The notes beneath the pieces were generated by a model. It was given only the letters and a program-made list of their open reading frames with translations. It was not told where the DNA came from and did not search any database. Shown one piece after another: positions 48,610 to 58,514 of a stretch of 64,000 nucleotides of DNA (within the stretch, counting starts at the first letter, position 1; every line of letters begins with the position of its first letter). A program made the position numbers and the translations under genes. Source of the stretch: Octopus bimaculoides. Its lineage: Eukaryota. The stretch is taken from positions 22,980,214-23,044,213 of the forward strand of contig NC_069001.1 in NCBI RefSeq assembly GCF_001194135.2, given 5' to 3'.

Positions 48610-50051
48610 GCGCATGCGTCGGGTTATTTACTGTCTGGATTTTGTTAGAGTTGGACGTAGATTTTTGTGTTGCTTAGAAGATGTATTCAGACCTTGATGG
48701 GTCTGAGTTGTCGTCGGAGGAGGAGGAGCTGGTAAGGGCGGTTATAAAGATGGACGGAGTGTTGAAGACAAGGAGTTTTGCTAAAGCCACAGAGATGAAG
48801 CGAAGGAAGCTGGACTTGGCTGGTCTGAAGGAGTATGAGAATATAGCTCAGAAGGTGGGCGACAACATGAAGTTGTCACTCCCCAAAGGAATTATGGAGA
48901 GGATGGAGAAGAAAACGATCACCTGTAAGGTGTACTCGTTGAAAGGAAAAAAGGCAGAACAGGTGGAGACAGAAGTGGAAAAGGAGCTGAGGGAATGAAC
49001 AAAGGAGATAACGTACATAACCAAAGAAAGAAGATATTTAATTTAGGACAGTAGAGGAGGCAAGGAGGCTGGTGAGTGTCGGGGTGAAAACGAGGAAGTA
49101 GTGCTTCTGCCCACATACCTTGGAAGAAAGACTTCCAAGGTGAGGGTAGTAGCAATTCCACCAGATATAGAAGTGGCTTGGGTAGCAGCAGCTGTCCTTG
49201 TTGGAAGCGAGAAGGTGGGTGTCCTCCAAACCACAGAAACGGAAGAAGGAGGGTGGAAAGGAAAGACATTTGAACCCATTATTCAGACGGAGGAGGGTCA
49301 ACTGGAGAACTTGGCAGAGACGGTGACATTGGGGGAAATTGTGCTGAGGATGTGGGTAGAGGGCAGAGTACCAAGTTGTTTTAAATGTGGCCAAAAGGGC
49401 CACATTAGAGCTTACTACCCTCTACAGATGACAATGGTTGAGAAAACAGTTGTGGAAATGGAAGAGAAAAGAGAAGAAGAAAAGACAGACGGAGGAAAGG
49501 AGAAAAAGGAGGAAGAATGGAAAGTTACAGAGAGCAGAACGAGAAAGAAGAAAGAAAAAACACTGAGTATGATGTGGTACCCCAGTCCAACTTCATTCCA
49601 CCCTAGACCACTCAGACCCACCCTCCCCATACAGACACCAAACCCACCCACTCCATTTCCCCACAAGAAAAAACAAAAGAAAAAGAAAGAACAGACACCG
49701 CAAAATTTAGAAGCCCCCCCCCTCCTGGTGAAAAGGTTATGAATGCATGGAGGAGAGAATGATGTCACTAAGTGATGGAGAAAGGGGAAAAAGGATTGGA
49801 TTGAAGGAGAAAAAGGACTTAGGACCCAGAGGTGGTGAGTGATGTAACTCAGTGTGGGATGAGTAGAACACTCTTCATAATATCATTTTCAGATATCATT
49901 CATGTTATATTTTAATTTGATTTTGATGTTCATTTTCATGTGTCATTGATTATATTATATTTCATTTTTATATTTTTAATTGTTATATGTCCCCACATGT
50001 GTTGTAGTGTCCCCCTCTATGTAATGGTTTTATGGCAATTTAAAAGAAATA
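48610..50051 (+). mobile_element. Complete non-autonomous non-LTR retroelement encoding only ORF1 (HAL1-like), 1442 bp, 15-bp TSD
   Basis: TSD AAGAAGCTTGCTTCC at 48595-48609 and 50052-50066. It has a 71-nt 5' leader, a gag-like ORF1 and a ~310-nt 3'UTR ending AAAGAAATA. No endonuclease or RT sequence is present. Confidence 0.85.
48681..49742 (+). pseudogene. LINE ORF1 (gag-like: RRM-like region plus CCHC zinc knuckle), L1/Tx1-type, with in-frame stops and a local frameshift
   Basis: ORFs 48681-48998 and 49101-49742 are in the same frame. A shifted frame between them reads FRTVEEARRLVSVGVKT (RRM-like). The knuckle CFKCGQKGHIRAYY has its last Cys as Tyr (TGC>TAC). A K/E-rich low-complexity tail follows. 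Confidence 0.8.
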
Positions 50052-50399
50052 AAGAAGCTTGCTTCCCAACCACATGGTTCCAGGTACAGTCTCACTGCAT
50101 GGAATCATGGGAAAGTGTCTTCTACTATTGTCTCTGGCCAACCAAAGCCTTGTGAGTGGAAACTGAAAGAGCCCACCGTATATGTGTGTGTGTGCACGCA
50201 TGTGTGTGTGTATACCCTTTCCATCACTTGTCAACCGATTTTAGTGTGTTTATGTTCCAATAATTTAGCAGTTCAGCAAAAACGACTGACAGAATAAGTA
50301 CTAGGCTTATAAAGAATAAGTTCTGGGGTCGATTTGTTCAACTAAAGGCTGTGCTCCAGCATGGCCACAATCAAATGACTGAAACAAGTAAAAGACTCC

Positions 50400-51050
50400 T
50401 TTCTCCTCATTATCATCATCATCATTTAATGTCCTTTGTTCATGCTGGCATGGGTTGGATGGTTTGACTGGACTGGCATGCTGGAAGGCTGCACCAGGAT
50501 TCAGTCTGATTTGGCATGGTTTTCTATGATTGGATGTCCTTCCTAACACCAACCACTCTGAGAGTTAATGGGTGCGTTTACGTGCCACTAGCACGAGCGC
50601 CATTTGTGTGATACAGGTATCTGCCACAGCTGCGATTTTGCTTGGCTTGATTGGTCGTCTTCTCAAGCACCAGCATAATGCCAAAAGTCTTGGCCATTGC
50701 CTCCATGAGGCCCAATGCTCAATAGGAACTCATCCACCTCACCTTCATGAGGCCCATTGAAAAGGAACTCAGTCACCTTACCTCCATGAGGCCCATCACT
50801 CGAAAGGAGCTCAGCCACTTGCCTCATTGAGGCCCAATGCTTGAAAGGAACTCAGTTACTTTGCCTCTATCAGGAGGACTTGAAAGGTACTCAGCCACCT
50901 TACCTCCATGAGGCCCATCACTCGAGAGGAACTCAGCCACTTGCCTCATTGAGGCCCAATGCTTGAAAGGAACTCAGTTACTTTGCCTCTATCAGGAGGA
51001 CTTGAAAGGAACTCAGTTACTTTACCTCCATGAGTCCAAACGTTCAGAGG
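50400..51050 (-). mobile_element. RTE-type 3' region containing a ~41-bp minisatellite with a 122-bp higher-order repeat
   Basis: (CAT)n tail and RTE 3'UTR at 50400-50600. GAAAGGAACTCAG...CCTCCATGAGGCCC units at ~50695-51035, with CCTCCATGAGGCCCATCACTCGA at both 50781 and 50903. Confidence 0.8.
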
Positions 51051-51682
51051 TAGATTTTTTTATTTACATGCAGCCAGCACAGGTGCATGTGGCTTGATGG
51101 GTTCCCTTCTCTAATTACTGCTCTGTACTCTACTAATGCTTCTTTCATAAGTATATGTATATTGAATTCTACATCACAATGCCTAAGTGAAATCTATATT
51201 TTTAGATCTAAGAACTCTAACACACTACTGAATTCCAGATCTCAAATTTTCAGCAGATGAAAACATGGATAAATTCCTGTTGGCAAATTGGAAAATACCA
51301 CCCTCGCCAGATTGAGCAGCTGTACCACAGATCTAGGCTCTTATCCATTCAGTTTTATTATGGGACATAACTCTAATTTTTTCCCTTTTCTCTTTTTCTT
51401 TTCCCTTTTGTTTTCCAGTATTTTCACCCTTCCATCTTTTACACGTATTTTCTTTTTTTTTCTCATATTTTCTTTTATTCTATTCCCCTGGTTTAGTTTG
51501 CATATGCCATATGAGCACAGCACCAAGAATGCACAAAGGCACCAGACATGTTATAAAATGCTGTCTGCGTCATTTTCATGGCATGAAACTGTAGTAATAT
51601 ATTTTGAAGAATATATTACTACAGTTATTATCCTTCAAAATATAAGGATAATAACCGTAGTAATAATAACATAAATACTACT

Positions 51683-51979
51683 TACATTGGATCGACTTCC
51701 AATAAACCTGGGATGAATTCTTTTAAGAACAGAAATTTAATGAACACTATGGGCCTTAGTAAATACATTTGGGAACTTAAATAAAAAAGAATAGAATACG
51801 AGTTAAAATGGGAAATAGTTTGCAAGGCTAAATCATATAGGATAGGGAATAAATTCTGCTTATTATGTACTAACGAATTTAAAGAGATATTAACTAATAA
51901 AAAATTGTTTAACTCCCACGAGGAACGTAATATTAAATGCAGACATAAATTAAATTACTTATATAATAAATTTAGATAA
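51683..51979 (+). pseudogene. Penelope GIY-YIG endonuclease C-terminal fragment (one in-frame stop)
   Basis: YIGSTS...SFKN...GLSKYIWELK*KRIEYELKWEIVCKAKSY...CLLCTNEFKEI..LFN.HEE...CRHK, the PLE pattern YIG..LSK.IW.LK..W.I..C.LC..E...LN...E...C.H. Confidence 0.85.
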
Positions 51980-52943
51980 CTAATTTATTTATTTAAACCT
52001 AGTATTAGGTACCAACTTATAGTTATGATCAGTATCGTAAAATGCATCAAATTAGCTTTGGAATACACTTTAATCATCACAATATTATACAAAATTGGAA
52101 CATATAACTGCCTTTTCTTTAAGTATTCAACGATAATATGAGCAGTCTTTTACAATGTTTCATAACATTATTTAAGTAATATATAACTTTCGTATTTGGT
52201 ATAGTTTTATTCTGCGTACATCTGAGAGTTTTAAGTATTTTAGTATTATTAATCTTCATTAAACTTTTTATTCTATGTAGATTTTCTTTTTCGATATTTT
52301 CGTTATTATTTTAGCAATTATAATACGTATTTACCTCTAGTAATGGACGCCATGTTTATCACGTGACTTTTCAGTATTAATTTTCATAGCATTATTTACG
52401 TAATATAACATTTTCGTATGTGTATAGTTATTCCTCTGCGTTAATTTGCAAGTTTAAGTATTTTAGTATTTTTAATCCTCAAGAAACTTTTTATTTTAGG
52501 TAGATTTTCTTTTTCGATATTTTCGTTATTATTATTTTACTAATTGTAATACGCATGTACTTCTGGGTAATAGACGCCATATCTATCACGTGACCTTTTA
52601 GTATAAATTCTATAGCACAGCCATTTTTTGGTTTAATGTACAGTTACCCGCCGGCAGATAAGTCATGTTTTCTAATTTTAATTTTATAAACAATATTGAC
52701 ATCCGTCTTTTAGTAACCTTGTACAATAACACATTTTTTTTACTATTATCTACTTATTCCATAAAGTTTTAACCTTGTTTACTATAATACACTTTTTCAA
52801 TATTTTTAGATTGTAACTCTTAATAATTATATTAATACCGTTAATGTAGGGATTAGTTTACAGATTTTGTCGCTTTATATATATTTTTATTTCTCATGTT
52901 TATGTTTATTCCTTGAATGATTTTAGGTATTTTCTTAGGAATT

Positions 52944-53060
52944 TGACCTGACGAGTGACTGATTTGGGGAGTAAAATCATTTCCCCGTTCTAATGAACTC
53001 GGATACTATTTGTTTATGATTTTATATAGTCCTACTTCAGCCATGAAACGCGCATAGTCT
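52944..53060 (+). ncRNA. Type-I hammerhead ribozyme-like motif in the Penelope pLTR (probably decayed)
   Basis: CTGACGA (52948-54), stem II GTGACTGA (52955-62) / TCAGCCAT (53037-44), GAAA (53045-48), near-palindromic ACGCGCAT, TA cleavage site, short stem I GAC/GTC. Confidence 0.6.
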
Positions 53061-53589
53061 ATGTACTAGCACTAACATCTATACATTTATACTTCCATAC
53101 TTTTATTATCGTATTAATTTTTACTGTCAATTTATAAATTTGACTTCTAAATTTTTTTTAAAGTAACATTTCTATGATGAATGTTTCTTTATATGACTTT
53201 TTTTAATGTAATATATTATTTAATTTAAATCTTAGATTAAAATCTTAGATATATTAAGATGGTATATGCCTCACAGCATGGATTTGGACGGGTTCTGAGT
53301 TGTAGAGTGGCGGTTCGTCTCTAAATTAGTTACATACATATATATTATATATTACGAAACCCAGTGTAATATTATACTGATTTTTGCCTCTAAAGTTGGA
53401 ATAAATTCTTAATCCCTAATATTATTACTATATATATNNNNNNNNNNNNNNNNNNNNNNNNNNNNNNNNNNNNNNNNNNNNNNNNNNNNNNNNNNNNNNN
53501 NNNNNNNNNNNNNNNNNNNNNNNNNNNNNNNNNNNNNNNNNNNNNNNNTATATATATATATATCAAAAACAGTATCAAAGGTCCTGCCA

Positions 53590-54640
53590 AGATGTTTGCT
53601 CCTAAGGCTGGTTTCCTGGACTCTGTGGCCTCACTGGATGGGATGCCAGTTCACAGGGCTACTCATTTTTGCCAGATGAATGGACTGGAATAAATGGGAA
53701 ATGATGTGTTCTGTTCAAGATCCAGAAACTTATACCACAACATTATGATCATGTGTGCAACACCAGCTTCACTGCTAATCTTGCACCTATGCACACACAC
53801 GCACACACATACACACACACGTGAATGTATTTTTTCATGTTTTTACATTTGTTTTTTTCCTATTTGGACATCTGCTAAATGAATACATTATCACCTTACT
53901 ATGAAAAGCTTTTCGACCAAATGGCCTTCCTGCTACTAAGCCTTAAATGTTTTTCAAACAAAAGGTCTTTTAACCATATTTCCACATCTCTTCTGAAGTT
54001 CAGAGCCAGTAGATTACCTTTTGACTGGTAAAATGACAACACCACCATGATTTATAGCTTAACAATTTTCTGAGAAGTGCAAATAGAAACACACATATAT
54101 AATGTATGATGGTGATGGTGGTGTGTTCGTGTGTGCGTGTTGTACATGTATGCTTGGACACATATATGAGTATGTATGTAAATATGTATGTATTACTAGT
54201 CAAGGAGTCATGAAGTGATACAAACTGATGACTTTTGAAATGTTTTGAAAGTGTAATTTGTATATATTCACCCGATCAATAGGTTTCTTTTGCACATGAT
54301 GTAATATCTCTGTTGATTAGTTCGAAACAGCTGTAGTGAATGTACTGTTATTCATCTGTTGTTATTTCGATATATATATATATAAAATATAAAAGTTTCT
54401 TCTGAGCCATTGACCAATAAGCTTGATTTCCTATATTCTGTTGCATAAACATCCATCCACCCCTCCTGTTGGATGGGATGCCAGTCTGTCGCAGGATTAT
54501 TCATTTTTGTCAGCTGAGTGAACTGGAACAACACAAAATGAAGTGTTTTTCTCAAGATCACAAAACACCACCAAGTTCAGGAATTGAAATCACAATCTTG
54601 CAATCATGAGTGCAACACCTTAACTACTGTCACATGCCTT
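53590..54640 (-). mobile_element. Two SINE-C (tail i) copies, ~53590-53810 and ~54395-54640
   Basis: GGATGGGATGCCAGT tail and CORE-like TTTGYCAGMTGARTGRACTGGAA on the reverse strand. Confidence 0.65.
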
Positions 54641-54668
54641 CCCCACCACATATATGTATGCATATACA

Positions 54669-54731
<63 letters not shown>

Positions 54732-55877
54732 GTGCATAGATATATGCATGTTTGTGTGTGTGTGTCTGAGTGTGTGTGTATATGTGTGTGTGCATGCATG
54801 TGTGTATATATACACATATATGTATGTATACATGTGTGTGTGTTTGTACATACACTCAAAAATAACAACAATATGAAAAACATGTCTGCTTAAAGATGAT
54901 AAAATATTAAAAAGTACCGAAAATTATAAGATAAAAAAAGAAAAAGAATGGAAATCCAAAAGTATCTTTAAAGGTCAACTTAAAACAATGTTTAGTCTTT
55001 CAAAAAAGAATTGAACAAATATCTTTGAAAAATTGTTGAGGATAAGAATGGGAAATAAGTTTATATATTCACCATTAATCCTATTTGTTGGTCACATTTT
55101 CTATTTCAATGATTTCTCAATGATTTTGTATTCAAGAAGCAACAATCTGTTATTCTTTTCTGGCACTTTTTCCAAAAACAGGAAAGAAAAGTCATTTGTT
55201 ACCCAAGAACAAAATGAAAAAGGAATATACAAAAAATATACAAGAATATATAAAAACGTTTTTAAAGACGAAAATCGTTTTTGTGCCATTTTGTATCCTA
55301 CATTAGACTTTTGGACAATTACTTCCCTTGTCTACTTCACTTCTGCTTGTTTTACAGTCTCACATGGCCACACATATACATACATAGACATATGAACATA
55401 GATACACTCCATCATTCATACTTATTTTTATAATCCTTTGTCACTTTTCTCTCATCTTCTTTTCTCATATTCTTTTTCTGTCCACTTTCTTCTGATTTGC
55501 TCTCTCTCTCATTCTGTCCCTTTATCTTTCTATACATGATATTGTCATTGTCATTTTTTTCTTACTCCTCTCCGCTCTCTTCCTGACTCTCTTTGCATTT
55601 TCTCCCTCTGTCTCTCTCTCTCTTCCCCCTTAGTTTTTACTATGTCTCTCCATCTATCTGTTATTCATATTTCTTCCTCCTCTTCCTGCTACTGCTACTT
55701 TTTCTGCCTTCTCTATAAATGACTCTGGAATGATCACAAAGATTACAAATATTAATCAATTTGTGTTTGTAGTTTACATAACACACACACAAGCACACGT
55801 ACATGCTAGCATGCACACACATACACACACACATATTTACATACATGTATATATATACATATATATATTATATATAT

Positions 55878-55933
<56 letters not shown>

Positions 55934-57248
55934 CTGCATTTATATATATAAACAAGCATCTATACATATATATGTGTGCGTATATATATATATATATACA
56001 TACATATATATATGCATATATATATATGTGTGTGTGTANNNNNNNNNNNNNNNNNNNNNNNNNNNNNNNNNNNNNNNNNNNNNNNNNNNNNNNNNNNNNN
56101 NNNNNNNNNNNNNNNNNNNNNNNNNNNNNNNNNNNNNNNNNNNNNNNNNNNNNNNNNNNNNNNNNNNNNNNNNNNNNNNNNNNNNNNNNNNNNNNNNNNN
56201 NNNNNNNNNNNNNNNNNNNNNNNNNNNNNNNNNNNNNNNNNNNNNNNNNNNNNNNNNNNNNNNNNNNNNNNNNNNNNNNNNNNNNNNNNNNNNNNNNNNN
56301 NNNNNNNNNNNNNNNNNNNNNNNNNNNNNNNNNNNNNNNNNNNNNNNNNNNNNNNNNNNNNNNNNNNNNNNNNNNNNNNNNNNNNNNNNNNNNNNNNNNN
56401 NNNNNNNNNNNNNNNNNNNNNNNNNNNNNNNNNNNNNNNNNNNNNNNNNNNNNNNNNNNNNNNNNNNNNNNNNNNNNNNNNNNNNNNNNNNNNNNNNNNN
56501 NNNNNNNNNNNNNNNNNNNNNNNNNNNNNNNNNNNNNNNNNNNNNNNNNNNNNNNNNNNNNNNNNNNNNNNNNNNNNNNNNNNNNNNNNNNNNNNNNNNN
56601 NNNNNNNNNNNNNNNNNNNNNNNNNNNNNNNNNNNNNNNNNNNNNNNNNNNNNNNNNNNNNNNNNNNNNNNNNNNNNNNNNNNNNNNNNNNNNNNNNNNN
56701 NNNNNNNNNNNNNNNNNNNNNNNNNNNNNNNNNNNNNNNNNNNNNNNNNNNNNNNNNNNNNNNNNNNNNNNNNNNNNNNNNNNNNNNNNNNNNNNNNNNN
56801 NNNNNNNNNNNNNNNNNNNNNNNNNNNNNNNNNNNNNNNNATATATATGTATGTATATATATCTGTATAGGCATATATATGTATGCACCACACAGATGCA
56901 TACACAAACCACATATGCATATGTATCAGTCAACTAATTTTGACAGAGATAAAGTACAAAAGCAGTGCATAACATTGTTGTTTGGTAAAAGATTAATTTG
57001 AAAGGAAAATGATTGGGAACAAACAAGCAAACAAACCAACAAAGTCAGAAACAAAAGACTGTCAAACGTGGTGTTGCAAAGGAAATAAAAAGAATGATAA
57101 GTTGTTACTCTGACAGACTAGATACAGATAAAAGGAACTGAGAACAAAATGACTGTATATTCTTAGAACAGTTTCCAACAAATGCCATGTCATGGCAATT
57201 AACCCTTATAATGGTTCAATCAAATTGAATACTAATTAGTACATAGAT

Positions 57249-58497
57249 GCAGGTGTGGTTGTTTATGAGAAGTTTTCTTTCCAACCACATGGTTCTGGGT
57301 CCAGTCCCACTGCATGGCACCTTGGGCAAGTGTCCTCTTCTATAGCCTCAGGCCAACCAAACCTCGTGAGTGGATTTAGTAGGCGGAAACTGAGAGATGC
57401 CCGTCATATATAGGGTGCAATGGGTTAAATTGTTGCCATTTTATATTTTTAATTTCACTCATGCACATTGTTTGTTTTTGCTTTTGTTGACTACACAGTA
57501 TAGTAGGGTCAGTTGGGTACCATTTGGGAGAAAAGCAGAACCATAACGCAATTCATTCTGATAGAAATTTGGAATCAATATGCTGTACTGCTTAGCATTT
57601 GTGCCAGAAGCTCCAATACGAACATTTTCAGATGTTAATCTGAGGAGAGTGCATGTACCGAGAGTGATAAAAATCAAACATCCAGTCAACATCATGGTGC
57701 TTGGAGTGATCACTAGTGATGGCAACGTTATGCATGCATTCATCTTCCTACATGACCTCAGACTCAACACGGAGACCTACACAAAGTGCCTGGAGGAGGT
57801 AGAGCTCCCCTGGGTCAAGAGGGTGACTGATGGAAGACCCTATGTCTGGCAACAGGACTCTGCACCATGCCACGCAAGCAGGAGAACCCAGTCAGACAAT
57901 TTCTGGAACCACTTCGCCCCTAACGTCTGGCCACCTAACTCCCCAGATTGCAATTCCCTTGATTATTATGTGTGGGGCGGAGTTGAGCGAGAGACCAACA
58001 AAATTCCTTGTAACACCAAAGATGTACTGAACGCAAGGATTATGGAAGCATTAACCAACTTAAACAAGGAGACTGTCCAGAAGAGTTGCAGGAGATTCTG
58101 AAGTCGTCTAGTGTCCATGGTTGAAGCCAATGGCAAATTTATTGAACAAATTTGCTCTTTAGTATTTCAAGATATTTTTGTAATTTTGGTAAATATATCT
58201 GTTAACATGAGATGTCAGTGTTGTTTTCATTTTTGATAATTTAGATGACAGTTTATTCACCACACCCTGTATATATGTGTGTGTGTGTGTGTGTGTTCAT
58301 CCTCCACCACCACTTGAGAACTGGTGTTGGTGTGTCCACATCCCGTAACTTAGCAGTTCAGCAAAACAGACCAATGGAATAGGTATTTGGCTTAAAACAA
58401 AAAAGTCCTTGAGTCAATTTATTTGACTAAAACCCTTCAAGGCAGTGCCCCAGCATGACCACAGTCAAATGGCTGAAACAAGTAAAAAGATAAAAGA
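57249..58497 (+). mobile_element. SINE-A interrupted at its internal TA tract by a maT transposon
   Basis: Head 57249-57410. The body resumes at 58270 with (TA)(TG)n and the tail. Confidence 0.85.
57411..58269 (+). mobile_element. Internally deleted Tc1/mariner-superfamily element, maT (DD37D)-like
   Basis: Termini (T/C)AGGGTG... / ...CACCCTG with TA flanks. ORF 57580-58101 contains MVLGVITSDG, WQQDSAPCH and WPPNSPDCNSLDYYVWG (third catalytic residue D). A C-terminal remnant SRL..VEANGKFIE follows an in-frame stop. Confidence 0.85.
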
Positions 58498-58514
58498 TAT
58501 AGTTTATTAGTTAT

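Larger units (their letters stand above)
48576..50395 (+). mobile_element. SINE-A split by the ORF1-only element (head 48576-48609, remainder 50052-50395)
   Basis: Removing 48610-50066 restores GCAGGTGTGTCTGTGTGGTAAGAAGCTTGCTTCC-CAACCACATGGTTCC, the SINE-A head. Confidence 0.9.
51630..53437 (+). mobile_element. 5'-truncated Penelope-like element: GIY-YIG endonuclease end plus long 3' pseudo-LTR
   Basis: GIY-YIG remnant, AT-rich 3' region with two ~225-bp direct repeats (~52162-52385, ~52386-52611), a hammerhead motif, and an end in (TA)n at the gap. Confidence 0.85.

Noticed and set aside
50695-51035. CRISPR-like repeat/spacer appearance
   Set aside because: The units are contiguous tandem monomers without unique spacers, in a eukaryotic LINE 3' region with no cas genes. 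The 33-bp (13378) and 24-bp (10453) arrays are rejected for the same reason.
55803-57001. 315-375 aa ORFs
   Set aside because: Artefacts of reading through an 802-N gap flanked by (TA)n; likewise 44935-45517 and 61569-61892.
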